Positions 15,164 to 24,107 of a stretch of DNA of 32,048 bases are shown here, one piece after another. The position numbers and the translations under genes are program-made. Position 1 is the first letter of the stretch, and each line of letters starts with the position of its first letter. The DNA comes from Minisyncoccota bacterium (GTDB lineage: Bacteria; Patescibacteriota; Minisyncoccia; Phycocordibacterales; Phycocordibacteraceae), in contig JALHOO010000003.1 in assembly GCA_022842945.1 (NCBI GenBank), forward strand, positions 80,458-112,505, written 5' to 3'. The notes below the pieces were generated by a model. That model saw only the letters and a list, made by a program, of their open reading frames with translations, searched no databases and was not told the origin of the DNA.

Positions 15164-16321
15164 CTACGCAACAACCTTCAGTCTCTCAATAAGCGAGGCA
15201 AGAGGAATGAACGTCTCGGTGTGCGTAGAGCGCTCTCGGAGAATCACATTCCCCTCAAGCGCCTCCTTGCGGCCCATAATAAGGAGGTACTGCGGGTTAT
15301 GCGTCTCAGCAAGGCGCATCTGCTCTGAAAGGGACGCAACACCCATTGCCTGTGTCATGGGAATACGTGCACGACGCAGATCGTCTGCCATCTTCATGCT
15401 CTCGCGCTTGGCTTCGTCTCCAATGTGTACGAACACGAAACGCGGTGCTGCACGCTCCTTAACGGGCGCTATAGGTTCGCGGTTCGAGGTGTTGATACGA
15501 ATAACCGCACCAACAGAGTGCACGGCAGTCTTGAAGAAGGGACGTGCGAGTTCGTTATATCGAGAACCCCACGCGTGTACGTTGTTGTTGCCTCCAGGAA
15601 TAGAAAGATCGAAACAGGTCTCTGCCCAGTAGTTGCCGTGCGAGAGGAGGTCTGGCGCGAGCTCGTACGGGGTGTCGGTTGTCTCAAGATACTCGAGTAC
15701 ACCTTCAAAGTGCTTGCGGCTGGCTTCTGAAAGATGATCGGTAGGAGATGGGAGCATATCAACAAAGTCCTTCATGCAGGTAAGGACAGAGGCGGCTTCG
15801 ATAACGTTGCCGTCCTTTGCTTTCTCGAGGCACTCTGAAGGAAGGGTGGCTCCGTGCTTCCTCGTGAACTGCGAGAACTCACGCGCATAACGGCTCCGTG
15901 TCTCTTTGTCACCCATGCTGTTAAGACGGAGTTTTGGATCGGTCTTTGAGAGATCCTGCATGAGGGCACGCACCGCACGGATGAGTACCGCGTCTGCGAT
16001 AGCGTGCTCAACCCCAAGCACATGGAATTGGATAACAATCTGCTTTGGTGCAGGACGTCCTTGTGCGGCGTTGGTGTGCCAGAAGAACAACGGCTGGAGA
16101 GCTGAAGGCGTGAGGCCTGCATCACGCACCTGCTTTAGAAGCCCTACAACCTCCTTAGCAGACGGTTCGAAGGAATCGAGTGTATAGCCGTCCGGATACG
16201 GTGCCTTAACGGTCTGGCCGCGTCTGGCGTGCGTAAGGGTGGAGAGAGGAGCGAAGCCGTAATAGTTGCCGATAGCGTGCGCACGCTTCAAAACGTCTGA
16301 GGGAAGAAGGGTAGTAGGCAT
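15164..16321 (-). CDS. histidyl-tRNA synthetase-like protein (class II aaRS HisS/HisZ family, divergent motifs)
   Basis: QGRPAPKQIVIQFHVLGVE resembles HisRS motif 2 (RQFHQLGVE). WGSRYNEL resembles GGRYDGL. The C-terminus VFVHIGDEAK..YLLIMGRKEALEGNVILRE looks like an anticodon-binding domain. Confidence 0.55.
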   Translation of the reverse strand: MPTTLLPSDVLKRAHAIGNYYGFAPLSTLTHARRGQTVKAPYPDGYTLDSFEPSAKEVVGLLKQVRDAGLTPSALQPLFFWHTNAAQGRPAPKQIVIQFHVLGVEHAIADAVLIRAVRALMQDLSKTDPKLRLNSMGDKETRSRYAREFSQFTRKHGATLPSECLEKAKDGNVIEAASVLTCMKDFVDMLPSPTDHLSEASRKHFEGVLEYLETTDTPYELAPDLLSHGNYWAETCFDLSIPGGNNNVHAWGSRYNELARPFFKTAVHSVGAVIRINTSNREPIAPVKERAAPRFVFVHIGDEAKRESMKMADDLRRARIPMTQAMGVASLSEQMRLAETHNPQYLLIMGRKEALEGNVILRERSTHTETFIPLASLIERLKVVA

Positions 16322-16323
16322 AG

Positions 16324-16875
16324 CTATTGAATTTCTGATACAGCGCCCGGAAGCACGTCTATTCCGTCAACCGGCAGAAGACGGATGAACGCACGGCCCA
16401 TAATGTCGCGCTTGGGTAAGGCTCCCCAGGTGCGGGAGTCCGAGCTTTTCGGACGGTTGTCACCCATAACGAAGAACTGGTCTTCGCCAAGCGTGCGTTC
16501 AAGCGTGTACGTAGCGTCCTCAGAGACTACATACGACTCATCAAGCGTTATTTCTGTGCCATCAACTTTTGTTACGCGTGTAGTGCCCTGTTCAACATGC
16601 ACGGTTTCTCCCGGAAGACCGATAAGGCGCTTGATGTAGAACACACTCTCATCATTTGGGTACCTAAATACCACCACGTCGCCACGCTTTGGTTCGCTAA
16701 GACGGTATGAGAGCTGATCAACGATTAAATAATCGCCGCTATCAAACGTGGGATACATGCTTTCGCCTTCAACAACGAATGGTTGCGCAACAAAGAGGCG
16801 GATGGGGACGACAATAATGATTGCAAGGACAACGAAGGTGATGAGTTCACGAAACGCCGTCACAAGAACTTTCAT
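16324..16875 (-). CDS. lepB: signal peptidase I
   Basis: GESMYPTF (catalytic Ser), GDVVVFRYP, YIKRLIGLPGE (catalytic Lys), FVMGDNRPKSSDSR. Confidence 0.9.
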   Translation of the reverse strand: MKVLVTAFRELITFVVLAIIIVVPIRLFVAQPFVVEGESMYPTFDSGDYLIVDQLSYRLSEPKRGDVVVFRYPNDESVFYIKRLIGLPGETVHVEQGTTRVTKVDGTEITLDESYVVSEDATYTLERTLGEDQFFVMGDNRPKSSDSRTWGALPKRDIMGRAFIRLLPVDGIDVLPGAVSEIQ

Positions 16876-16938
16876 GCGCGCATTGTATTCCTCTGAATCT
16901 GCACGTCAACTTTTTGAACGTTTGACAGTAAACAGAAA

Positions 16939-16966
16939 CTCCCCGTCGCGCATGCGCGACGGGGAG
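16939..16966 (-). terminator. intrinsic terminator of the 16972..17493 gene
   Basis: 13-bp stem ctccccgtcgcgc / gcgcgacggggag, then TTTCTGTTT on the minus strand. Confidence 0.7.
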
Positions 16967-16971
16967 CGTTT

Positions 16972-17493
16972 CTAGTTCACATGGATCTGTGACACCGCCA
17001 GGAACTTTCTGACAAATGCCATGCCGCAATTCGTCCCGAGCCACTGGATGGTTGAGTTGATAACCTGTACATCCCGCGGCGTGAACTTCTCTCCTTCGCC
17101 CATGATGGCGTGTATAGCGGTCCTGCCGTAGTTCGTGCAGTGCTCCGGTATGCACTCGATCTCCCAGAGTTCGGCGATGATCCTTTCCGGGTTTCGTTGA
17201 GGCCAATCGAGTCGCGAGACAGAATGGGAAAGGCGTAACGAAAGCTTGGCATGAGATCTCCGCCGCTCATTTCTGGGCACATGCGGAAAATCTTGAGGCC
17301 GAGCCCGAGAGCTGTATTGAACGACCGGTTGCTGCGACCGTTCGACAATGCGTTGCAAGCCGGTAAAGGCTTCCTTGTAGGGGATAGTTCCCTTGTCGAT
17401 GCGTCGTACAATCTCGTCGACACGTCTGTGAAGACCCCCGAGCTCTTCGTTCGTGAGTCTAACCGTCTCCGACAGCTGTGGTGCCGTCTCCAT
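16972..17493 (-). CDS. hypothetical cytoplasmic protein (173 aa), orphan
   Basis: ATG at 17493 with AGAAGGA upstream. Has its own terminator. I recognise no family. Confidence 0.5.
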   Translation of the reverse strand: METAPQLSETVRLTNEELGGLHRRVDEIVRRIDKGTIPYKEAFTGLQRIVERSQQPVVQYSSRARPQDFPHVPRNERRRSHAKLSLRLSHSVSRLDWPQRNPERIIAELWEIECIPEHCTNYGRTAIHAIMGEGEKFTPRDVQVINSTIQWLGTNCGMAFVRKFLAVSQIHVN

Positions 17494-17514
17494 TGTGACA
17501 GTCCTTCTAGTTGA

Positions 17515-17537
17515 AGTTAAAAAGGTACGCGTACTGG
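17515..17537 (-). promoter_or_regulatory. copy 2 of shared element agttaaaaaggtacgcgtactgg (core palindrome GTACGCGTAC 17526-17535)
   Basis: Identical to 2088-2109 apart from one extra A. Lies downstream of a TTGACT-17-TGAGAT promoter-like pair (17570..17542). Confidence 0.5.
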
Positions 17538-17594
17538 GCGCATCTCATCACTTATGGCTCTAACAGTCAAATACTCCAAGGCCGGTTCAGTCGA

Positions 17595-17603
17595 TGTTAG
17601 AAT
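17595..17603 (+). promoter_or_regulatory. extended -10 TGtTAGAAT, 7 nt upstream of the pth ATG (leaderless-type)
   Basis: Plus strand reads gaTGTTAGAAT, gcttgta, ATGGCA. Confidence 0.5.
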
Positions 17604-17610
17604 GCTTGTA

Positions 17611-18210
17611 ATGGCACACGTACTCATCGGCCTTGGAAACCCTGGCGGCGAATATGAGAAAACCCGGCACAATGCCGGAAGGATGGTTGCAGAACTCTTT
17701 GCCGAGGAAGAGGAGTTCGAAGACTTCAAGCTAAAGAAGAGTGCGCAGGCTCTTGTAACAGACGGTGCGGTAGACGGAAAGAAAGTGCAGATAGCACTGC
17801 CTGAGGTATACATGAATCTTTCTGGAAAGACGGCACTCGCACTTGTGAAGTCAAAGCCTGCTGCAAAGAAGCTTCTCGTTATCCGCGACGATCTCGACCT
17901 TCCTCTCGGAATAATCAAGATGACAACCTACGGACGCGGTGCCGGAGGACACAAGGGCGTAGAGAGCATCATGCGTGCACTTAAGACCAAGGATTTTGTA
18001 CAGATAAAGATTGGTATCGCTGGAAGCACTCCAAAAGGAAAGCTCAAGAAAGTCTCTGGAGAAGAGAAAGTAATTAGCCACGTAATAGGGAAGTTCAATC
18101 CTGCAGAGGAAGCAGTGCTCAAGAAGACCTTGAAGAAGGCATCTGTAGCTGCGCGTCTCTTTGTTACAGACGGAGTGGAGAAGGCAATGCTGTTTGCGAA
18201 CACAAAGTAG
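17611..18210 (+). CDS. pth: peptidyl-tRNA hydrolase
   Basis: LIGLGNPGGEYEKTRHNAG, YMNLSG. Start moved to the ATG at 17611 (MAHVLIGLGNPG). Confidence 0.9.
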   Translation: MAHVLIGLGNPGGEYEKTRHNAGRMVAELFAEEEEFEDFKLKKSAQALVTDGAVDGKKVQIALPEVYMNLSGKTALALVKSKPAAKKLLVIRDDLDLPLGIIKMTTYGRGAGGHKGVESIMRALKTKDFVQIKIGIAGSTPKGKLKKVSGEEKVISHVIGKFNPAEEAVLKKTLKKASVAARLFVTDGVEKAMLFANTK

Positions 18211-18262
18211 CGTTTTATGTAGCGCATGGTAGATTCCATGCGGAACAGATAGGGAGGTCTCC

Positions 18263-18610
18263 GTGAGTGAACATAGACGAATAAAGCCTGAGCATCTCGA
18301 AACGCTGACCGAACATCACCTTGCGGGCTTTCACCTGCATCGGACGTTTCCAATCTTCGTGCGCTACAGGAAGATTGGGTTGAACTCTCGCGGGTCCCGG
18401 TATCAGCTGGAACTGTCGCCTTTGGGACACTTTCCTCCGCTTTCGGTTACTGGCGGTTTGCCGACGTCGGAAGGCGCGATTGCTTGGTGGCAGGATAGCG
18501 ACCTCGCAGACTGCCTCGACCAGATAATCGTCAAGACGTATTCTGGCCAGGGCGAGTATCAATCCTTCACTCTTGGAGGAAACGGCAAGGTCATACCCAA
18601 GGGCGGATAA
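18263..18610 (+). CDS. hypothetical protein (115 aa), orphan
   Basis: SD GGGAGG lies 5 nt upstream of the GTG at 18263. The competing minus ORF 18215..18649 would have to start inside or upstream of the S1 terminator. Confidence 0.4.
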   Translation: MSEHRRIKPEHLETLTEHHLAGFHLHRTFPIFVRYRKIGLNSRGSRYQLELSPLGHFPPLSVTGGLPTSEGAIAWWQDSDLADCLDQIIVKTYSGQGEYQSFTLGGNGKVIPKGG

Positions 18611-18615
18611 CGAAA

Positions 18616-18643
18616 ACACCCGGAGCAGTAATGCTCCGGGTGT
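18616..18643 (-). terminator. intrinsic terminator of the S1 gene
   Basis: acacccggagc / gctccgggtgt 11-bp stem, then TTTTCGTT on the minus strand. Confidence 0.75.
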
Positions 18644-18660
18644 CTCCAATTTAATACTTG

Positions 18661-19806
18661 CTACTTCTTCGCTCCCTTCGCTCCTGCGAACGCAAGCGTC
18701 ATGCGCTGGTCCTTTGGTTCAAAGAGGGTAATGGTGAACGGATAGGTCTTGCCAAGCTCAAGTGCTTCGCGTAGCTCAACCGGAGACGCGAACTCTGAGA
18801 TGTGTACGAGACCTGCAACACCTTCCTCAATGGAAGCGAGTGCACCGTGCTTGTTGTACTTGATGATAACGCCAGATACCTCCATGCCCTTCTGGTAGCG
18901 GTCGCTCGCGGTCTTCCATGGGTTCTCCTTGAGGGCCTTAACGGAAAGGGATACCTTGCCGTCCTTAACCTCGATAACCTTAACGGACACCTTGTCGCCA
19001 ACCTTGAAGAGCGTGCGTGGATCCTCAACGAGTCCCCAGTCGAGCTCAGAGATATGCACGAGTCCCTCAAGACCCTGCTCGAGCTTAACGAACACACCGA
19101 AGTCAACGGCACCGGTAACCTCTCCCTCAACAACGTCGCCAACCTGGTACTTGTCGATAAGAGATGCCTTCTCGTTCTCTTCGTCGCCTGCGCGCTCAGA
19201 GAAGATAAGCTTGCCCTCCTTTGCTTCAGCCGTAATGATGCGGACCGAAAGCTGAGTTCCCGTGAGCTTCTGGAGCTCAGAGAAGATCTTGTCCTTGTCG
19301 CCCTCAGGAACGCGTGGGTAGTGCTCCTTTGTGAGCTGAGACGCTGGAAGGAATCCCTGGATACCCTGCCACGAGAGGATAAGTCCTCCCTTGTTTGCCT
19401 CGTCAACGGTAAGGGTGTAGACAGTCTGGCCTGCAATAGCAAGCTCAGCCTCGCTCCAGATAGCAGCCTGGCGAGCCTCCTTAAGAGAGAGCTCGATATA
19501 GCCGTCGAGACCTGCGGGGTCAACAACCTTCGCAGAGATAGTGTCGCCCGGGTTCGCCTTGCGGAGAACGTCTGCGGCGTTTAGGTACTCGCGTCCGTAA
19601 ATGATACCGGTACCGAATGGAGGAAGATCTACGTAGAGACGTCCACGGACGAGCTCGATAATAGTTCCTTCAATAAGGTCCCCGGCGCGTGGGGGAGTTG
19701 CGATAGCGTCGAGCATCCCTTCCATAGGGTGTCCGGCGGTAACGGCAACAGTTGAGACAACAGGAGGAGCTTTACGCTCTTCTGTTGCCTGAGTTTCTTC
19801 AGGCAT
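18661..19806 (-). CDS. rpsA: 30S ribosomal protein S1 (multi-S1-domain RNA-binding protein)
   Basis: Repeated S1 OB motifs (GDLIEGTIIE.., GDVVEGEVTGAVDFGVFVKL..GLVHISEL, GMEVSGVIIKYNKHGALASI..GLVHISEF). Start moved to the ATG at 19806 (MPEETQ). Confidence 0.8.
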   Translation of the reverse strand: MPEETQATEERKAPPVVSTVAVTAGHPMEGMLDAIATPPRAGDLIEGTIIELVRGRLYVDLPPFGTGIIYGREYLNAADVLRKANPGDTISAKVVDPAGLDGYIELSLKEARQAAIWSEAELAIAGQTVYTLTVDEANKGGLILSWQGIQGFLPASQLTKEHYPRVPEGDKDKIFSELQKLTGTQLSVRIITAEAKEGKLIFSERAGDEENEKASLIDKYQVGDVVEGEVTGAVDFGVFVKLEQGLEGLVHISELDWGLVEDPRTLFKVGDKVSVKVIEVKDGKVSLSVKALKENPWKTASDRYQKGMEVSGVIIKYNKHGALASIEEGVAGLVHISEFASPVELREALELGKTYPFTITLFEPKDQRMTLAFAGAKGAKK

Positions 19807-19934
19807 GATTAGTGTACGAGGCGTCTCTTTGTGGTGGGTACTCGCTACCTTGCGGCATGCGAGGGATAGCCCACTCACGGCGTATATACGCGCTCGCGAT
19901 AGGGAAAACCTACCATATATATAGGTAAAGAAAA

Positions 19935-19961
19935 AGCCCCCGTCCATTTTGGACAGGGGCT
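19935..19961 (-). terminator. intrinsic terminator upstream of rpsA (ends the small-peptide transcript)
   Basis: agcccccgtcc / ggacaggggct stem with one mismatch, then TTTTTCTTT on the minus strand. Confidence 0.65.
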
Positions 19962-20121
19962 GTGCTTTCTGAAGTACTTGGGTACGAGCCCTGAGTCAAC
20001 GCCGGTCCCATAGACCGAAGTGAACGCATATCAGGGTGCCTCGTGGCAATGCTCCTTTCTGGCCGCAGCCTTCAGGGGTTTCGTGGCGCCGACATTCGTG
20101 TCAGACGCCGCCGCGCATCGA

Positions 20122-20241
20122 TCAGGTCGCGCAGATCAGGCCGGAGACGCCGGCCGCGGCGCCCAGGGCGATGTCGTCGTTGTTCACGAGGCTCTTGAAG
20201 CTTCCGGTGCCCACGTGGCCCGGCGGATGGAAGTTACGCAT
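20122..20241 (-). CDS. small peptide (39 aa) with a hydrophobic Gly/Ala-rich C-terminus; not in the ORF track
   Basis: MRNFHPPGHVGTGSFKSLVNNDDIALGAAAGVSGLICAT. SD GGGAGA lies 5 nt upstream of the ATG. Own promoter and terminator. About 70% G+C over 20101-20220 by hand count. Confidence 0.45.
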   Translation of the reverse strand: MRNFHPPGHVGTGSFKSLVNNDDIALGAAAGVSGLICAT

Positions 20242-20295
20242 AACTGTCTCCCTTGCTTGCTTTGACATCCCGACCATCGGGCTCGTAGCTCGGAT

Positions 20296-20323
20296 AACTT
20301 ACCATACCCTCAGATATTGTCAA
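20296..20323 (-). promoter_or_regulatory. sigma70 promoter for the 39-aa peptide
   Basis: TTGACA, 16 nt, then TGgTAAGTT on the minus strand. Confidence 0.55.
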
Positions 20324-20576
20324 TACCCCTGTGGATATGGTCTAAAACAGAAAACCCACCCAAAAGGGCAGGCAAGTGAGGGAGCTAATCTTCCGGTATC
20401 GGTACCCGGACAACGAACCGATATTCATGACCCGAAAGATCAGCTCCCCGCGCGGCAGTCTTCTGCGCGCTCCCTCTACGCTAACACCTCGAACCTGGGA
20501 GGAAAGACATTCTCCCTGTGCACAGCCCCTGACTTCCCTACCTACTCCCTCTTCTTTGCGGTATAATGAGGGGAAC

Positions 20577-21218
20577 ATGGTCATCACGCACCACGGCGGG
20601 CAGTGCTTCAAAATAACTCAAGGCGACTTAACCATCGTCTTCGATCCTATATCTAAGGCAGGCACCTTGCCGGCTGTCCGCTTCGGTGCGGACCTCGCGC
20701 TCGTTACACGCAAGCATCCTGATATGAGCGGTACCGACGAAGTATCGTTCGGCGGAAAGGAACCGTTTGTTATAGACGGGCCGGGAGAATACGAGCACTC
20801 AGGGGTTCGTGTGCAGGGATTCCTTACGAACAGTCAGTACGGAGCAAGCAAGGGAAGGTTGGATGCGGTTAATACGGTCTATGCCGTTGAGGTAGATGGC
20901 ATGACGGTAGTGCACCTGGGTGCGCTGGCAGATCCTATGCTCTCGCATGACGCACGCGAAGCTATAGACGACATCGACGTACTCTTCGTTCCTGTTGGCG
21001 GAGACGGTGTGCTCTCACCTGCTGAAGCAAGCAAGCTCTCCGTTACCCTTCAGCCAAAGATAACCATTCCGATGCACTGGTCTGGTATGGGGGAGCCAAA
21101 GGCACTTGAGAGCTTCCTGAATGAAGGCTCGAAAGAGTTCGAGAAGGTGGATAAGCTCACTCTTAAGAAGAAGGACGCGGCAGAGAAAGACGGTGCTATC
21201 ATCGTTATAACTCCATAG
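20577..21218 (+). CDS. MBL-fold (UPF0173-like) protein with a degenerate metal-binding motif
   Basis: MVITHHGGQCFKI N-terminus typical of the family. LVTRKHPDMSG replaces the expected HxHxDH. TATAAT at 20562-20567. Start moved to the ATG at 20577. Confidence 0.5.
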   Translation: MVITHHGGQCFKITQGDLTIVFDPISKAGTLPAVRFGADLALVTRKHPDMSGTDEVSFGGKEPFVIDGPGEYEHSGVRVQGFLTNSQYGASKGRLDAVNTVYAVEVDGMTVVHLGALADPMLSHDAREAIDDIDVLFVPVGGDGVLSPAEASKLSVTLQPKITIPMHWSGMGEPKALESFLNEGSKEFEKVDKLTLKKKDAAEKDGAIIVITP

Positions 21219-21222
21219 ACCT

Positions 21223-21612
21223 ATGGCAACTGAACGCATCATCGAGCACGTGAATCGTCTCCGAGAGAAGCCGCACCATGTGCGCCACAACATCGCTATG
21301 GGTGTGGCGTTTGGTATCACGGGGTTAGTTGCACTCGGCTGGATGACGGCGCTTGCAACCTCAGGCACGCTCGCCCTTAAATCAAGTGCGGTAGTATCAA
21401 GTGCTTCTGGAGCGGGGAACGATGTGTCTGAGGTTGTCTCAGAGTCGACAAACGCCTTCTCGAGTCTCATGGGGGCGGCCGGGGCCGCATTCAACGCAAC
21501 CTCAACTGAAGCTGCACTTGATATTATCGAGAGCGAGACACGCACGTACTCAACCTTTGAGACGCGCACCGAGCCCGCGAACAATACTGATAAGACGGTT
21601 ATATCTTTTTAA
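21223..21612 (+). CDS. membrane-anchored hypothetical protein (129 aa)
   Basis: One TM helix (IAMGVAFGITGLVALGWMTALA) followed by a Ser/Ala-rich tail. Tightly packed between the MBL-like gene and gyrA. Confidence 0.5.
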   Translation: MATERIIEHVNRLREKPHHVRHNIAMGVAFGITGLVALGWMTALATSGTLALKSSAVVSSASGAGNDVSEVVSESTNAFSSLMGAAGAAFNATSTEAALDIIESETRTYSTFETRTEPANNTDKTVISF

Positions 21613-21615
21613 TAC

Positions 21616-24096
21616 ATGCCTAAGAAAGCAGTTGTTCCTGAGGAGCCAATCGTACCGCGCGTAAACGTGGTGGATCAGTCTATTACGACTGAGATGCGCA
21701 CGAGCTACCTCGACTACGCGATGTCCGTTATCACGAGTCGTGCTCTCCCCGACGTACGTGATGGACTCAAGCCCGTACACCGCCGCATTCTCTACGCAAT
21801 GCGTATGACGGGACTCACGCCAACGGCGAAGTTCAGGAAGTCTGCGACGGTGGTGGGAGAGGTGCTCGGTTCGTACCACCCGCACGGCGACGCGTCGGTG
21901 TATGACGCGATGGTAAAGCTCGCGCAGGACTTCGCAACGCGCTACCTCTTGGTGCAGGGACAGGGTAACTTCGGTTCGGTAGACGGGGATCCGCCTGCTG
22001 CATACCGTTATACGGAAGCGAAGATGTCGCGCCTGGCGGACGAGATGCTCAAGGACCTCGAGAAGGAGACGGTTGAATGGGCACCGAACTTTGACGGTTC
22101 AAAGCAGGAACCAACCGTACTTCCAGCAGCGGTACCGAACCTACTCCTTAACGGTACGCTTGGTATTGCGGTGGGTATGGCAACCAACATTCCTCCGCAT
22201 AACCTGCGCGAAGTTGTTGCCGCTACCACCCACCTCATTGATGATCCGGAAGCAACGGTGGACGATCTTTTGGGTCACGTGAAGGGACCTGACTTCCCTC
22301 TTGGTGCAGTTGCGTTTAATCAGGCGGATATTAAGCACGCGTACACTACCGGACGCGGAGGTGTGGTAGTGCGTGGAGAGGCAGATATCGTTGAAGAGAA
22401 GAAGGGAACGTCAATCATCATCACCTCCATTCCATACCGTGTGAACAAGGCGGACCTCATCACGCGTATCGCAGACCTTGTGCGCGACAAGAAGCTCGAG
22501 GGCGTGAAGGATCTTCGTGACGAGTCCACCACCGACATCCGCATCAACGTGGAACTGAAGGGAACCGCACACCCGCAGGCCGTGCTCAACAATTTGTATA
22601 AGTACACTGAGCTCGAGAGCACCTTCCACTACAACATGTTGGCGCTCGTGGACGGCGTCCCAGAGACCCTTTCTTTGAAGGGTATGCTCGAGAGCTTTAT
22701 TGCGCACCGCAAGGAGGTAGTGAAGCGTCGTACTGAGTACGAGCTTCGCAAAGCTGAAGAGCGCGAGCACATCTTGCTTGGTCTCTCAAAGGCACTCGAC
22801 CATATCGACGAGGTTATCGCTACCATTAAGAAGGCAAAGGACGTGCCGGACGCTAGCGTTCAGCTCCAGAAGAAGTTTGGCTTCTCCATCATTCAGGCTG
22901 CAGCGATTCTCGACATGCGTCTTCAGAAGCTCGCAGGTCTTGAGCGCAAGAAGATTGAGGAAGAGCTCGCAGAAGTACAGGAGCTTATCAAGCGTCTCAA
23001 GAAGATTCTTTCAAGCGCAAAGAACATTCTTGCGGTTGTGCGTGACGAGCTTGTGGCTGTCGCTGAGAAGTACGGAGATGATCGCCGCACGAAGATTGTG
23101 AAGGGTGGAGTGAAGAATATTTCTGTAGAGGACCTGGTGCCAGACGAGGAGTCTGTCCTCGTGCTTACGGCAGGAGGCTACGTAAAGCGTACGAACCCTG
23201 AGGAGTACAAGGTGCAGAAGCGCGGAGGTGTAGGGGTTATCGATATGTCTACCAAGGAGGAGGACGTGGTTACACACTTCCTTGCGACAACTGCGCACGC
23301 AGACCTCCTCTTCTTCACGGACTTCGGCAAGGCATACCAGCTCAAGATGTATGAGCTTCCAGAAGGAAAGAAGGCAACCAAGGGAAAGAGCATCATGAAC
23401 TTCCTCTCACTTGCAGCAGACGAGAAGGTTACGTCGGTGCTTGCTATGCCTAAGGTTGAGAAAGGAAGTGGCGCACGCGACCAGCTCTCCGTATTCCTTG
23501 TTACCGAAGCCGGCACTATTAAGAAGGTTGAGGCGAAGTCCTTTGCTGACGTACGTCGCTCCGGCATCATCGCTATTGCTCTTAAGGGAGGAGATCGTCT
23601 GGTGTCTGCACACTTGGCTGCTCCTGGAGACTCCGTATCCATTGTTACGGCAGAAGGACAGTCCATACGCTTTGACGAGGGCGAGACCCGCGCCATGGGC
23701 CGCACGGCAGCGGGCGTGCGCGGCATGACAGTTAAGAAGGGAGACGCTATTGTCTCAGCTGAGGTTGTGCCTGCGGGAGCAAAAGCCGCATCCCTCCTCG
23801 TTATCATGGACAAGGGCTACGGCAAGAAGACGTCTTTGTCTGAGTACAAGGTGCAGGGACGCGGAGGCTCAGGCATCAAGACTGCTGACGTCACGGCAAA
23901 GACCGGAAAGATTATCGGTGCCAAGGTTCTTATCGGAGACGACGAGAAGGACGAGGAGCTCGTGGTTATTTCAAAGAAGGGACAGGTTATCCGCTGTTCA
24001 ACTGGAGAGATTCCTTCCCTTTCTCGTGCCACACAGGGCGTTCGTATTATGAAGATGCGCGAGGGAGACTCCATCGCATCGATGGTTGCGCTGTAA
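21616..24096 (+). CDS. gyrA: DNA gyrase subunit A
   Basis: [34 protein letters not shown], catalytic-Tyr region [11 protein letters not shown]-terminal beta-pinwheel repeats. Confidence 0.97.
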   Translation: MPKKAVVPEEPIVPRVNVVDQSITTEMRTSYLDYAMSVITSRALPDVRDGLKPVHRRILYAMRMTGLTPTAKFRKSATVVGEVLGSYHPHGDASVYDAMVKLAQDFATRYLLVQGQGNFGSVDGDPPAAYRYTEAKMSRLADEMLKDLEKETVEWAPNFDGSKQEPTVLPAAVPNLLLNGTLGIAVGMATNIPPHNLREVVAATTHLIDDPEATVDDLLGHVKGPDFPLGAVAFNQADIKHAYTTGRGGVVVRGEADIVEEKKGTSIIITSIPYRVNKADLITRIADLVRDKKLEGVKDLRDESTTDIRINVELKGTAHPQAVLNNLYKYTELESTFHYNMLALVDGVPETLSLKGMLESFIAHRKEVVKRRTEYELRKAEEREHILLGLSKALDHIDEVIATIKKAKDVPDASVQLQKKFGFSIIQAAAILDMRLQKLAGLERKKIEEELAEVQELIKRLKKILSSAKNILAVVRDELVAVAEKYGDDRRTKIVKGGVKNISVEDLVPDEESVLVLTAGGYVKRTNPEEYKVQKRGGVGVIDMSTKEEDVVTHFLATTAHADLLFFTDFGKAYQLKMYELPEGKKATKGKSIMNFLSLAADEKVTSVLAMPKVEKGSGARDQLSVFLVTEAGTIKKVEAKSFADVRRSGIIAIALKGGDRLVSAHLAAPGDSVSIVTAEGQSIRFDEGETRAMGRTAAGVRGMTVKKGDAIVSAEVVPAGAKAASLLVIMDKGYGKKTSLSEYKVQGRGGSGIKTADVTAKTGKIIGAKVLIGDDEKDEELVVISKKGQVIRCSTGEIPSLSRATQGVRIMKMREGDSIASMVAL

Positions 24097-24107
24097 CAGA
24101 TCTATCT

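Noticed and set aside
18215-18649. 144-aa minus-strand ORF between pth and rpsA
   Set aside because: Its start would lie upstream of the rpsA terminator hairpin, so it would be cut off from any promoter. The overlapping plus-strand ORF 18263..18610 has a strong GGGAGG SD. Both remain weak calls.
18699-19584. 275-aa minus-strand and 260-aa plus-strand ORFs inside the S1 gene
   Set aside because: They are alternative frames of the S1-domain gene. The translations are Ser/Arg/Leu-rich with no motifs.
19880-19927. 12-nt perfect palindrome GCGTATATACGC and an AT-rich near-palindrome upstream of rpsA
   Set aside because: These are probably just promoter -10-like AT tracts in the rpsA upstream region. 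The evidence is too short and isolated to call an operator.
20122-20241. RiPP or lanthipeptide-precursor interpretation of the 39-aa peptide
   Set aside because: No modification, transport or immunity genes lie nearby, and a single Cys near the C-terminus is not diagnostic.
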